This document shows, piece after piece, positions 19,692 to 29,340 of a stretch of DNA of 39,643 nt. The notes below the pieces were generated by a model, which saw nothing but the letters and a program-made list of their open reading frames with translations, ran no database searches and was not told where the DNA came from. The number at the start of each line of letters is the position of its first letter. Positions within the stretch are counted from its first letter, which is position 1. Source of the stretch: a phage. The stretch lies in sequence record PZ386960.1; one strand, 5' to 3'. Position numbers and translations under genes: made by a program.

Positions 19692-19873
19692 GTCTGCACA
19701 CAGACAACGTTACAGTGACCCGTGGGGCGTGGAACGACATGCAAGCGTACATTCAATCACTGGAGAAGAAAGCTGAGAAGCTGGATGCTCTGGAGGCTGG
19801 AGGTGTGGACAATTGGTCCGGCTACTGGTTCTCTCTGGAAGAGGCTGGTCTCACAGGGGAGGACGACTTATGA
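19688..19873 (+). CDS. gp5.9: Gene 5.9-like acidic protein (RecBCD inhibitor in T7)
   Basis: 61 aa, acidic; coupled at both ends; position and composition like T7 gp5.9. Confidence 0.6.
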   Translation: MSLHTDNVTVTRGAWNDMQAYIQSLEKKAEKLDALEAGGVDNWSGYWFSLEEAGLTGEDDL

Positions 19874-20784
19874 GCGCAATTACACTGAAGGAGTTCTACG
19901 AGTTACGCCAAGGCAAATCAGATAAGGGTGTCTTGGTCATGGATGGTGACTGGCTGGTATTCCAAGCGATGGCTGCAAGTGAAGTAGAGACTGATTGGGG
20001 TGACGATGTGTGGACATTAGAGTGTGACCACGGGAAAGCGTGGAACATCCTAGTGGATTCCATTAAGTCCTATGCGAGCCGTAAGAAGGCTTGGCGTGAT
20101 GCACCTATCGTGTTGGCCTTCACTGACGCTGTGAACTGGCGTAAGGAACTGGTGGACCCAACCTATAAGGAGAACCGTAAGGCATCCCGTAAGCCTGTAG
20201 GCTACCGTGCGTTCGTCGAGCGTGTTCAAGCCTGTGAGGACTGGACGTCTATCCTTGAGTACCGACTTGAAGGTGATGACGTAATGGGAATCATCGGGTC
20301 TGGTGCTAAACACTTTGGCTTCAAGAAGGCTGTGCTGGTCTCCTGTGATAAGGACTTTAAGACCATCCCTGATTGTGACTTCTTGTGGTGCACTACTGGT
20401 AACATCTTGACTCAAGACCAGACTACTGCTGACTACTGGCACATCTATCAGACCATTAAAGGTGACTTGACGGATGGCTATGGTGGCATTCCGGGCTGGG
20501 GCGAGACTACCGCTGAGTGGTTGGAGAACCCATATGCCTTTGAACAGGTTGAGAAAACTTTCAAGTCTGGTGCCCGTAAGGGACAGACAGTTCTCGAATG
20601 GAAGAAGGTTGACATGGGAGACCGAACCTTGTGGGAAGCGATTGTGACCCTTGGTGCCAAAGCTGGGATGACCGAAGAGGAAATCATTAAGCAAGGCCAG
20701 ATGGCTCGCATCCTTCGATTCGAAGAGTACAACTTTATCGACAAGGAGATTTACCTATGGTCGCCGGAACAGTTGCGTTCGTAA
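19870..20784 (+). CDS. gp6: 5'-3' exonuclease
   Basis: 304 aa from the ATG at 19870; KGVLVMDGDWLVFQAM, KDFKTIPDCDFLWCTTGNILTQ, ARILRFEEYNFIDKEIYLW match T7 gp6. Confidence 0.95.
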   Translation: MSAITLKEFYELRQGKSDKGVLVMDGDWLVFQAMAASEVETDWGDDVWTLECDHGKAWNILVDSIKSYASRKKAWRDAPIVLAFTDAVNWRKELVDPTYKENRKASRKPVGYRAFVERVQACEDWTSILEYRLEGDDVMGIIGSGAKHFGFKKAVLVSCDKDFKTIPDCDFLWCTTGNILTQDQTTADYWHIYQTIKGDLTDGYGGIPGWGETTAEWLENPYAFEQVEKTFKSGARKGQTVLEWKKVDMGDRTLWEAIVTLGAKAGMTEEEIIKQGQMARILRFEEYNFIDKEIYLWSPEQLRS

Positions 20785-20875
20785 TGTTCGCAATCGTCGT
20801 CCTCGCAATGGTGTGGGCTGCATTCATCGCAACACTTTGAGTGTGTAACTCTAGGCATTCTGACCCTCGTGAAAT

Positions 20876-20898
20876 CAATACGACTCACTATGGGAGAG
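20876..20898 (+). promoter_or_regulatory. Phage RNAP promoter (phi6.5-like)
   Basis: CAATACGACTCACTAT-GGGAGAGGG. Confidence 0.75.
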
Positions 20899-20951
20899 GG
20901 GTGCCTATATGATACCTACTTTAAGTTCTAACTTTAAGGAGAGCATTTATT

Positions 20952-21200
20952 ATGTTAACCCCTATCAAGAAATACATGGAGAACCCTCAAGATATTCCTA
21001 ACGTTCCTCGTGCAACTATGGAGTATCTACAGGTTCAATATAACGCTGGATATGCTATTCAGTCTGGTCTTATCAACCGATTGAAACAAGCTGGATGGTC
21101 TGAAAGCTATATCGCCGGGTTCCTTGCTGGACTGAACTATGCGTCTCAAACTCTGGACGACATGGAGGCAATCCGTAAGGAACAGGCTGAGTCCAACTAA
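20952..21200 (+). CDS. gp6.5: Gene 6.5 protein
   Basis: 82 aa (T7 is 84); positional match; preceded by TTCTAACTTTAAGGAG. Confidence 0.7.
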   Translation: MLTPIKKYMENPQDIPNVPRATMEYLQVQYNAGYAIQSGLINRLKQAGWSESYIAGFLAGLNYASQTLDDMEAIRKEQAESN

Positions 21201-21216
21201 ATGGAGGATAGTCTAT

Positions 21217-21498
21217 ATGTGCTGGTCGCCTAAGATTAAGACACCTAAAGTTGACACTGCCAAAGTCCGTGCGGTAGACCCTGCACCACTTACTGAGGAA
21301 CCGAAAGGCATCCTCTTTGGTGGCGATGACGATACCGATAAGGACACCGGAACCTCTTCTGAGGTGCCAACTGGTGGCAAGAAGTCACTCAAGGTGAAAC
21401 TGGATGACTCCGTAGAGAAGTCCAAGAAGGCAGATTCAGATGCTGCCAAGAAGAAATCCAAGTCTGGTATTCGTACCAGTGTCTTTAAGAATAAATAA
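21217..21498 (+). CDS. gp6.7: Virion protein gp6.7
   Basis: 93 aa from MCWSPKIKTPKVDTA (T7 MCFSPKIKTPK); GGAGGA SD. Confidence 0.85.
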   Translation: MCWSPKIKTPKVDTAKVRAVDPAPLTEEPKGILFGGDDDTDKDTGTSSEVPTGGKKSLKVKLDDSVEKSKKADSDAAKKKSKSGIRTSVFKNK

Positions 21499-21512
21499 CT
21501 AGGAGGTGTATC

Positions 21513-21866
21513 ATGGGTTGGGGTAAAAAGATTAAGAAGACAGTGAAGAAGACTGTAAAGAAAATTACCAAGCCAGTCGAGAAGGCTGTAAAGCAGGTTG
21601 GTAAGGCAGGTGAAGACATCGTTAAAGGTGCTGCTAGTATTGTTGGTGGCGCTCTTGGTCAGGGTGGTAAACCTGATGTTCAGGTAATCGAACAGGCTGC
21701 TCCAGTTGCTGCACCGCCTCCGGCTCAAATCATCGAGGCTCCAACTAAGGGAGACGTAGAGACCGAAGACGAAGCACAGACCGAATCTGGCAAGAAGAAA
21801 GCCCGTGCTGGTGGTAAGAAGTCTCTGAGTGTCGCTCGTAGTTCTGGCGGTGGTCTGAATATCTAA
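21513..21866 (+). CDS. gp7.3: Tail/host-range protein gp7.3
   Basis: 117 aa; C-terminal EDEAQTESGKKKARAGGKKSLSVARSSGGGLNI is near-identical to T7 gp7.3. Confidence 0.88.
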   Translation: MGWGKKIKKTVKKTVKKITKPVEKAVKQVGKAGEDIVKGAASIVGGALGQGGKPDVQVIEQAAPVAAPPPAQIIEAPTKGDVETEDEAQTESGKKKARAGGKKSLSVARSSGGGLNI

Positions 21867-21882
21867 GTAAGGAGGTTAGCAC

Positions 21883-23490
21883 ATGGCAAGCTCACAGAAA
21901 CGTGAAGGCTTCGCTGAGAATGGTGCTAAGGCGGTGTATGACGCATTGAAGAACGACCGGAACTCATACGAAACCCGTGCGGAAAACTGTGCGAAGTACA
22001 CCATCCCTTCGTTGTTCCCTAAAGACTCTGACAACGCCTCTACTGACTATACCACTCCGTGGCAAGCAGTTGGTGCTCGTGGTCTGAACAACTTGGCCTC
22101 TAAGCTCATGCTCGCTCTGTTCCCTATGCAGACGTGGATGAAGCTGACCATCTCTGAGTTCGAAGCAAAACAACTCGTAGCGCAACCTGCGGAATTGGCT
22201 AAAGTCGAAGAAGGCTTGTCAATGGTAGAGCGCATCCTAATGAACTACATTGAGTCTAACTCCTACCGAGTGACTCTGTTTGAGACCCTTAAGCAACTGG
22301 TCGTAGCTGGCAATGCCCTGCTGTACATCCCTGAGCCTGAAGGTACTTACAATCCCATGAAGTTATACCGCCTGTCTTCTTATGTTGTCCAACGAGACGC
22401 ATTCGGCACGGTACTACAGATTGTGACCTTGGATAAGACTGCTTATGCAGCGCTGCCAGAAGACGTAAGGAACTCTATGGACTCCGGTACGGAGCACAAA
22501 GGCGATGAAATGATTGACGTGTATACTCACATTTATCTCGATGAGGAATCAGGTGAATACCTGAAGTACGAAGAGATTGATGGGGTCGAAGTTGATGGTA
22601 CAGATGCTTCTTATCCGGTGGACGCTTGTCCTTATATCCCGGTTCGCATGGTACGCATTGATGGGGAATCATATGGTCGTTCATACTGTGAGGAATACTT
22701 GGGTGACTTACGTTCACTTGAGAACCTTCAGGAAGCTATCGTTAAGATGTCAATGATTAGTGCCAAAGTTATCGGCTTGGTTAACCCTGCTGGTATCACA
22801 CAGGTTCGTCGCTTAACGAAAGCCCAAACGGGTGACTTCGTGTCTGGTCGTCCAGAAGACATCTCGTTCCTTCAGCTTGAAAAGGCTGCTGACTTCTCTG
22901 TAGCGAAAGCTGTGAGTGAACAGATTGAAGGCCGTCTGTCCTATGCCTTTATGCTTAACTCCGCTGTGCAACGTACTGGTGAGCGTGTGACTGCCGAAGA
23001 GATTCGTTATGTCGCTAGTGAACTGGAAGATACCCTTGGTGGTGTCTATTCGATTCTCTCACAGGAACTTCAGTTGCCAATGGTTCGTGTTCTGCTGAAG
23101 CAACTTCAAGCGACCAATCAGATTCCTGAGTTACCGAAAGAGGCCGTTGAGCCTACTATCAGTACCGGGATGGAAGCATTGGGTCGTGGTCAAGACCTCG
23201 ATAAGCTGGAACGCTGTATTGCTGCGTGGTCTGCGCTGGCTCCTATGCAGGGAGACCCGGACATCAACATTGCGACCATTAAGTTGCGCATTGCGAACGC
23301 TATCGGTATCGACACTTCTGGTATCCTCAAGACACCTGAAGAGAAACAACAGGAGATGGCTGAGGCTGCTCAAGGTACTGCACTGGAGAACGCTGCTGCA
23401 TCTGCTGGTGCTGGTGCTGGTGCACTTGCTACTGCAAGCCCTGATAACATGCAAGCTGCTGCTGAACAGGCTGGAATGGTTCCAAATTAA
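21883..23490 (+). CDS. gp8: Portal (head-tail connector) protein
   Basis: 535 aa (T7 is 536); colinear similarity. Confidence 0.96.
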   Translation: MASSQKREGFAENGAKAVYDALKNDRNSYETRAENCAKYTIPSLFPKDSDNASTDYTTPWQAVGARGLNNLASKLMLALFPMQTWMKLTISEFEAKQLVAQPAELAKVEEGLSMVERILMNYIESNSYRVTLFETLKQLVVAGNALLYIPEPEGTYNPMKLYRLSSYVVQRDAFGTVLQIVTLDKTAYAALPEDVRNSMDSGTEHKGDEMIDVYTHIYLDEESGEYLKYEEIDGVEVDGTDASYPVDACPYIPVRMVRIDGESYGRSYCEEYLGDLRSLENLQEAIVKMSMISAKVIGLVNPAGITQVRRLTKAQTGDFVSGRPEDISFLQLEKAADFSVAKAVSEQIEGRLSYAFMLNSAVQRTGERVTAEEIRYVASELEDTLGGVYSILSQELQLPMVRVLLKQLQATNQIPELPKEAVEPTISTGMEALGRGQDLDKLERCIAAWSALAPMQGDPDINIATIKLRIANAIGIDTSGILKTPEEKQQEMAEAAQGTALENAAASAGAGAGALATASPDNMQAAAEQAGMVPN

Positions 23491-23510
23491 TACGACTCAC
23501 TAATGGGAGA
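23488..23510 (+). promoter_or_regulatory. Phage RNAP promoter (phi9-like)
   Basis: TAATACGACTCACTAAT-GGGAGAG followed by the hairpin GGGAGAGACAATACGTCCTCCC. Confidence 0.9.
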
Positions 23511-23566
23511 GACAATACGTCCTCCCTTTGAGTTCAACTTTATGAAATCTAAAGGAGATAACAATT

Positions 23567-24469
23567 ATGGCTGGTGAATCTAACGCTGACGTATACGCAT
23601 CTTTTGGTGTGAACTCTGCGGTTGTTGGTGGGTCTACTCCTACTGACCACGAACAGGCTATGCTCGAACTCGATGTTGCTGCCCGTGATGGCGATGATGC
23701 AATCGAGTTAGTTAGCAACGATGACCCGTATGGCAATCCAGACCCTTTCGGTGAGGAAGGCGAAGAGGACCGTACTGAAATCCGTATCAGCACTGATGGT
23801 GAACCTGAAGAGTCAGTTGAGGAAATCGACTACTCCGAAGAGGGTGTTGAAGAGTTTGAACCAGTTGGTGACGTTCCAGATGAACTGAACGAAGCCTCAA
23901 GTCAACTCGAAGAGCACGAAGCTGGTTTCGAAGAGATGGTCAATCAGGCTGCTGAACGTGGTCTGTCAGAAGAAACCATCGTGCGTATCCAACAGGAATA
24001 CGGAGAGGACGGTCTGTCTGAAGAGTCTTACGAAGAGTTAGCCAAAGCTGGTTACTCCAAGTCGTTTGTTGACTCCTACATCCGTGGTCAGGAAGCTCTT
24101 GTCGAACAGTACGTTCAGTCCGTTATGGAGTACGCTGGCGGTGAAGCACAGTTCAAAGCAATCTACAATCATCTCGAAGTGTCCAACCCGGATGCTGCTG
24201 AGTCTCTGATTAGTGCCTTGGAGAACCGTGACCTCGCAACAGTTAAGGCTATCGTCAATCTCGCTGGTGCAAGCCGTGCGAAGACTTTCGGTAAACCTGC
24301 TGCCCGTAGTATCTCTAAACGTGCCGTACCTGCTGCACCTGTACGCACCAAACAGTCTGGCTTCGAGTCACAGGCTGAGATGATTGCTGCAATGTCTGAC
24401 CCTCGCTACCGCCACGACAGTAAGTTCCGTGCCGAAGTTGAGCGCAAGATGATGTACAGTCAGTTCTGA
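23567..24469 (+). CDS. gp9: Capsid assembly (scaffolding) protein
   Basis: 300 aa, very acidic; position and composition match T7 gp9. Confidence 0.92.
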   Translation: MAGESNADVYASFGVNSAVVGGSTPTDHEQAMLELDVAARDGDDAIELVSNDDPYGNPDPFGEEGEEDRTEIRISTDGEPEESVEEIDYSEEGVEEFEPVGDVPDELNEASSQLEEHEAGFEEMVNQAAERGLSEETIVRIQQEYGEDGLSEESYEELAKAGYSKSFVDSYIRGQEALVEQYVQSVMEYAGGEAQFKAIYNHLEVSNPDAAESLISALENRDLATVKAIVNLAGASRAKTFGKPAARSISKRAVPAAPVRTKQSGFESQAEMIAAMSDPRYRHDSKFRAEVERKMMYSQF

Positions 24470-24472
24470 AAT

Positions 24473-24495
24473 TAATACGACTCACTATTGGGAGA
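24473..24495 (+). promoter_or_regulatory. Phage RNAP promoter (phi10-like)
   Basis: TAATACGACTCACTATT-GGGAGAG followed by the hairpin GGGAGAGACTACACGTTCTCCC. Confidence 0.9.
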
Positions 24496-24600
24496 GACTA
24501 CACGTTCTCCCACTTTGAGTGATACACAATGAGAACCAACTCGTTTCAAGTAGTACCTCACATTTAAACTTTCATATAAATCAACAGAAGGAGATTCAAC

Positions 24601-25635
24601 ATGGCTAACATTAATGGTGGACAACAGATGGGTAAAGACCAAGGTAAAGGCATGAGCGCTGGTGATAAGCTGGCTCTATTCCTGAAGGTCTTCGGTGGTG
24701 AAGTTCTGACTGCATTTACCCGTACCTCAGTAACTATGAACAAACACCTTGTGCGTTCTATTCAGTCCGGTAAGTCCGCGCAGTTCCCTGTGCTGGGTCG
24801 TACCAAAGCTGCTTACCTGCAACCGGGTGAGAACCTTGATGACAAACGTAAAGACATGAAGCACACTGAGAAGACCATTAACATTGATGGTTTGCTGACT
24901 GCTGACGTTCTGATTTACGACATCGAAGACGCTATGAACCACTATGATGTGCGTTCTGAGTACACTGCACAGTTGGGCGAGTCTCTGGCTCTGGCTGCTG
25001 ATGGCGCGGTTCTGGCTGAAATGGCTAAGCTGTGTAACCTCCCGGCTAAAAACAACGAGAACATCGCTGGCTTGGGTACTGCAAGTGTTCTGGAAGTTGG
25101 TGAAGCTGCTACGCTTCAAGGCGACCAAGTGAAGCTGGGTCAGGCAATCATCGCACAGTTGACTCTGGCTCGTGCACGTCTGACTAAGAACTATGTTCCG
25201 TCTGCTGACCGTACCTTCTACACGACTCCTGATAACTACTCAGCGATTCTGGCTGCTCTGATGCCTAACGCTGCAAACTATCAGGCACTGATTGACCCGG
25301 CAACTGGTTCTATCCGCAACGTAATGGGCTTCGAAGTAATTGAGGTTCCACATCTGACTGCTGGTGGCGCTGGCGATGACCGTGAAGACGAAACTTCTAA
25401 CCAGAAACACGCATTCCCTGCGACTGCTTCCGGTGACACTAAGGTTGCTCTGGATACCGTTGTCGGCCTGTTCTGCCACCGCTCTGCCGTTGGTACTGTG
25501 AAGCTGAAAGACATGGCGCTGGAACGTGCTCGTCGTGCTAACTATCAGGCTGACCAGATTATCGCTAAGTACGCGATGGGTCACGGTGGTCTGCGCCCTG
25601 AAGCTGTAGGTGCGCTGGTTTTCAAAAAGGCTTAA
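24601..25635 (+). CDS. gp10A: Major capsid protein 10A
   Basis: 344 aa; GGQQMG, KLALFLKVFGGEVLTAF, IAKYAMGHGGLRPEA match T7 gp10A. Confidence 0.97.
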   Translation: MANINGGQQMGKDQGKGMSAGDKLALFLKVFGGEVLTAFTRTSVTMNKHLVRSIQSGKSAQFPVLGRTKAAYLQPGENLDDKRKDMKHTEKTINIDGLLTADVLIYDIEDAMNHYDVRSEYTAQLGESLALAADGAVLAEMAKLCNLPAKNNENIAGLGTASVLEVGEAATLQGDQVKLGQAIIAQLTLARARLTKNYVPSADRTFYTTPDNYSAILAALMPNAANYQALIDPATGSIRNVMGFEVIEVPHLTAGGAGDDREDETSNQKHAFPATASGDTKVALDTVVGLFCHRSAVGTVKLKDMALERARRANYQADQIIAKYAMGHGGLRPEAVGALVFKKA

Positions 25636-25769
25636 CTTCTCGCAAACTCGTAGGGGACACTGAGTCCCTTACTGAAGTTGAGCAAGAGCTAACGCCACAA
25701 CAGAAAGCTGCCCGTACCCGTGCGGCAAACAAGGCTCGAAAGGAAGCTGAGTTAGCTGCTACTGAATGA
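25617..25769 (+). other. gp10B: Programmed -1 frameshift site and C-terminal extension producing minor capsid protein 10B
   Basis: G GTT TTC at 25617-25623, in phase with 10A; the -1 frame stays open for 45 codons to TGA at 25767-25769. Confidence 0.7.
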
Positions 25770-25779
25770 TAACTATATG

Positions 25780-25823
25780 AAACCCCCTTGGGTGCCTTCG
25801 CGGGTGCTTGAGGGGTTTTTTTC
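25780..25823 (+). terminator. Tphi-like terminator
   Basis: AAACCCCCTTGGGTGCCTTCGCGGGTGCTTGAGGGG followed by T7; same architecture and position as T7 Tphi. Confidence 0.85.
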
Positions 25824-25845
25824 TTAATGACTCACTAATGGGAGG
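25823..25845 (+). promoter_or_regulatory. Phage promoter-like element upstream of gene 11 (one base short in the upstream half)
   Basis: CTTAATGACTCACTAAT-GGGAGGA. Confidence 0.55.
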
Positions 25846-25853
25846 AAACCTAT

Positions 25854-26444
25854 ATGCGTTCCTATGAGACTACCCTAGAGACTGGTGAAGAGTTGGCTGC
25901 GGTCAATGACATCTTGGCCTCTATCGGTGAACCACCTGTGTCCACTCTGGAGGGTGATGCTAACGCTGACGTTGCTAACGCTCGCCGAATACTCAATAAG
26001 ATTAACCGTCAGATTCAGTCCAAGGGCTGGACGTTCAACATCGAGGAAGGCCAACAGTTATTGCCAGATGTGTTCAACGGTCTGATTCCCTACATGTCCG
26101 ACTACCTTGCTGTGTTCTCTGAAGGAGGTACTACAGCTTACGTCAACCGTGGCGGCTATGTGTATGACCGAGAGAACAGCACTGATGTCTTCAAAGACCC
26201 AATCACTGTGACTATCATCCGACTGCGAGAGTTCTATGAGATGCCTGAATGCTTCCGCTACTGGATTGTCACCAAGGCCGCTCGTCAGTTCAACAACAGG
26301 TTCTTTGGCGCTCCTGAGATTGACGCAGTGCTGTCTGAAGAGGAACAGGAAGCAAAGATGCAGTGTGCTGAATACGAACTGGACTTCGGTAACTTCAACA
26401 TGCTTGATGGTGATGCCTTCACTGGCGGTCTGCTGTCTCGCTAA
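25854..26444 (+). CDS. gp11: Tail tubular protein A
   Basis: 196 aa (same as T7 gp11); position after Tphi. Confidence 0.93.
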   Translation: MRSYETTLETGEELAAVNDILASIGEPPVSTLEGDANADVANARRILNKINRQIQSKGWTFNIEEGQQLLPDVFNGLIPYMSDYLAVFSEGGTTAYVNRGGYVYDRENSTDVFKDPITVTIIRLREFYEMPECFRYWIVTKAARQFNNRFFGAPEIDAVLSEEEQEAKMQCAEYELDFGNFNMLDGDAFTGGLLSR

Positions 26445-26463
26445 TAACTTAAGGAGGTCTCTA

Positions 26464-28845
26464 ATGGCTCTTATTTCACAATCCGTCAAGAACCTGAAAG
26501 GCGGTATCAGTCAACAACCAGACATCTTAAGGTTCCCTGAACAGGGTGCCGAACAAATTAACGGCTGGTCGTCTGAAACTGAAGGTCTCCAGAAGAGGCC
26601 ACCTTTCATCTTTACGAAAACTATTGGTGACGCAGGGTTCCTTGGCACTGCACCTTTAGTTCACCTAATCAACCGTGATAGCGTCGAACAGTATTACGTT
26701 GTGTTCACTGGAAGCAGTGTTAAGGTGTTTGACCTGAATGGGCGCGAGTACGCTGTTCACGGAGACACCTCTTATGCTAACTGTGCGAACCCTCGTGATG
26801 ACTTGAGGATGGTCACTGTGGCAGACTACACGTTCGTAGTGAACCGCTCTAAGGTTGTTCAAGCCAACAAAGACCCTATCTACACTATTCGAGAAGATGG
26901 TGAGTGTCTCATTAACATCCGTGGTGGTCAGTATGGTCGTACCTTTACGATTAGACTGAATGGTATCTCTGCGTCCTATAAGATTGCTGATGGTGCCAAT
27001 GCCCCTGAAGTTGAACAGACTGATGCACAATGGCTCGTTAAGAAGATGGCACAGCTACTTCGAGAAGGAGGTGCAAATACTTGGGGATGGACTGTCAATG
27101 AGGGCGCTGGGTATATCCACGTTGTCTCTCGTGGTGATGAACCTATCTGGAAGGTAGAAGTAGAGGACGGCTATGGAGGTCAGTTGATGTCTGCTGTAAT
27201 GCACACCAGTCAGTCATTCAGTAAGCTACCCGCTGAGGCTCCTAATGGCTACTCTGTGCAAATCGTAGGGGACACCTCGAAGACCTCTGACGCATTCTAT
27301 GTGCAATATGATGCTGCCCGTAAGGTGTGGAAAGAAGTGGCTGGCTGGGGAGTACAGAAGGGACTCAACAATGGCACTATGCCCCATGCTCTGATTCGTC
27401 AGTCAGATGGTTCCTTTAAGATGGAAGCATTACCATGGGATGAACGCAAGTGTGGCGATATGAACACCAACCCCGACCCATCAATCGTAGACCAGAAGAT
27501 TAACGATGTGTTCTTCTTTCGCAACCGATTAGGGTTTCTTGCTGGTGAAAACATTGTGATGTCTCGTACCTCCAAGTATTTCTCACTGTTCCCTGCGTCG
27601 GTTGCCAACCTATCAGATGATGACCCAATTGACGTTGCCGTATCACACAACCGAATCAGTACGCTTAAATATGCTGTACCGTTCTCCGAAGAGTTGCTCC
27701 TATGGTCTGACCAAGCACAGTTCGTACTGTCTGCCTCTGGTATCCTCTCACCGAAGTCAGTTGAGTTGAACCTAACTACTGAGTTTGACGTGTCCGACAA
27801 AGCTCGTCCATACGGTATCGGTCGTGGTGTATACTTTGCGTCTCCACGCGCTTCCTATACGTCCATCAACCGTTACTATGCGGTACAGGATGTTAGCTCC
27901 GTGAAGTCTGCGGAGGACATGAGTGCTCACGTTCCTAGCTACATTCCTAATGGCGTGTTCTCCATTCGAGGCTCTGGCACTGAGAACTTCGTTTCGGTGT
28001 TATCTGCCAACGCCCCAAGCAAAATCTTCATGTACAAATTTCTGTACTTGAATGAGGAAAACGTGCAACAGTCGTGGTCTCATTGGGAACTAGGGAGTAA
28101 CGTAACTGTATTGGCTTGTGATTCTATTGGTTCCACCATGTACCTTCTGTTACGCAACCAGTCTCATACGTGGATGGCACGGGCACACTTCACGAAGAAC
28201 TCCATCGACTACCTTGATGAGCCTTATCGAATCTACATAGACAACAAGCTGGAAATCACCATCCCCGGTGGCTCCTATAATGATGACACCTACGAGACAG
28301 TAATATATCCCGGTCAGTTCTATGGAATGAAGACCTATCGTGGTAAGTATTACATCGTTGCGATGGATGGTAAGGTGACGTGGTTTGATGAACCTCAAGG
28401 TGGCTGGCCTAATGGGGAACCTCGCTTGGCACTCAGCGGGAACCGAGAAGGTGAAAAGGTGTACATTGGACAGGCAATCAACTTCCGATATGTATTCTCT
28501 AAGTTCCTCATCAAGAAGGCAGCGGATGATGGCTCAACGGCTACCGAGGACATTGGTCGCTTGCAGCTTCGCCGCGCATGGGTCAACTATGAGGATTCTG
28601 GTGCGTTCGTTGTGGAAGTCGAGAACACCTCACGTCTTTTCAGCTATGACATGGCAGGTGCTCGATTGGGTTCCAACGCTTTACGCTCTGGTGGACTCAA
28701 CGTCGGTACTGGTCAGTTCCGATTCCCTGTGTCCGGCAATGCCAAGCTGAACGAGGTGCGTATCATCTCTGACCACACTACACCACTTAACGTGATTGGA
28801 TGTGGATGGGAAGGAAACTACCTGCGCCGTTCTTCTGGTATCTAA
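26464..28845 (+). CDS. gp12: Tail tubular protein B
   Basis: 793 aa from MALISQSVKNLKGGISQQPD; AAGGAGG SD; T7 gp12 is 794 aa. The listed ORF is a 5'-extended version. Confidence 0.95.
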   Translation: MALISQSVKNLKGGISQQPDILRFPEQGAEQINGWSSETEGLQKRPPFIFTKTIGDAGFLGTAPLVHLINRDSVEQYYVVFTGSSVKVFDLNGREYAVHGDTSYANCANPRDDLRMVTVADYTFVVNRSKVVQANKDPIYTIREDGECLINIRGGQYGRTFTIRLNGISASYKIADGANAPEVEQTDAQWLVKKMAQLLREGGANTWGWTVNEGAGYIHVVSRGDEPIWKVEVEDGYGGQLMSAVMHTSQSFSKLPAEAPNGYSVQIVGDTSKTSDAFYVQYDAARKVWKEVAGWGVQKGLNNGTMPHALIRQSDGSFKMEALPWDERKCGDMNTNPDPSIVDQKINDVFFFRNRLGFLAGENIVMSRTSKYFSLFPASVANLSDDDPIDVAVSHNRISTLKYAVPFSEELLLWSDQAQFVLSASGILSPKSVELNLTTEFDVSDKARPYGIGRGVYFASPRASYTSINRYYAVQDVSSVKSAEDMSAHVPSYIPNGVFSIRGSGTENFVSVLSANAPSKIFMYKFLYLNEENVQQSWSHWELGSNVTVLACDSIGSTMYLLLRNQSHTWMARAHFTKNSIDYLDEPYRIYIDNKLEITIPGGSYNDDTYETVIYPGQFYGMKTYRGKYYIVAMDGKVTWFDEPQGGWPNGEPRLALSGNREGEKVYIGQAINFRYVFSKFLIKKAADDGSTATEDIGRLQLRRAWVNYEDSGAFVVEVENTSRLFSYDMAGARLGSNALRSGGLNVGTGQFRFPVSGNAKLNEVRIISDHTTPLNVIGCGWEGNYLRRSSGI

Positions 28846-28873
28846 CCGTAAACACCCCGACTCATTTAGTGAA

Positions 28874-28896
28874 CAATACGACTCACTATTGGGAAG
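28874..28896 (+). promoter_or_regulatory. Phage RNAP promoter (phi13-like)
   Basis: CAATACGACTCACTATT-GGGAAGG. Confidence 0.85.
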
Positions 28897-28924
28897 GGGT
28901 TTTATACTATAGGAGAGAAACTCT

Positions 28925-29338
28925 ATGTTAATAATCAGACCTACCAAAGAATCAGACTTCGAGAGATTCACACCATCACCTGAAGACATCGCTGAGGCAA
29001 AAGCCTATGGTATTGAACCTTCATTTCCACCAGCCTCTGAGTGTGTCACCATGTCTCTTCATGGGATGCCTGTGGCAATTGGAGGGAACCGTGGAGACCA
29101 AGTGTGGTTCGTGACGTCTGCCCGTGTGTGGAAACTAAGCATGAAGACACGAAGAGAGTTCCGAAAGCTCATTCTGGAGTATCGTGATACCATGCTCAAA
29201 CAGTATCCGATTATCTGGAACTACGTTTGGGTCGGCAACAAGTCCCACATTAGGTTCTTGAAGTCTATTGGTGCGGTGTTCCATAATGAGTTTACTGGTG
29301 ACAGTAATCAATTCCAACTATTCACTATAGGAGGTTAA
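28925..29338 (+). CDS. gp13: Internal virion protein A
   Basis: 137 aa (T7 is 138); positional match. Confidence 0.85.
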   Translation: MLIIRPTKESDFERFTPSPEDIAEAKAYGIEPSFPPASECVTMSLHGMPVAIGGNRGDQVWFVTSARVWKLSMKTRREFRKLILEYRDTMLKQYPIIWNYVWVGNKSHIRFLKSIGAVFHNEFTGDSNQFQLFTIGG

Positions 29339-29340
29339 CT

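Noticed and set aside
19813-19869. N-terminal extension of gene 6 in the ORF track
   Set aside because: Extension starts at a non-ATG codon inside gene 5.9; the conserved gp6 N-terminus begins at the ATG at 19870.
20050-20694. 214-aa ORF on the minus strand
   Set aside because: Lies antisense inside the well-supported exonuclease gene 6; T7-like genomes are transcribed entirely left to right and no promoter or RBS supports it.
20784-20840. 18-aa ORF coupled to the gene 6 stop (possible 6.3 analogue)
   Set aside because: Too short to assess and only half the length of T7 gp6.3; left unannotated.
26236-26463. N-terminal extension of gene 12 in the ORF track
   Set aside because: Would overlap most of the gene 11 C-terminus; the conserved gp12 N-terminus and AAGGAGG SD place the start at 26464.
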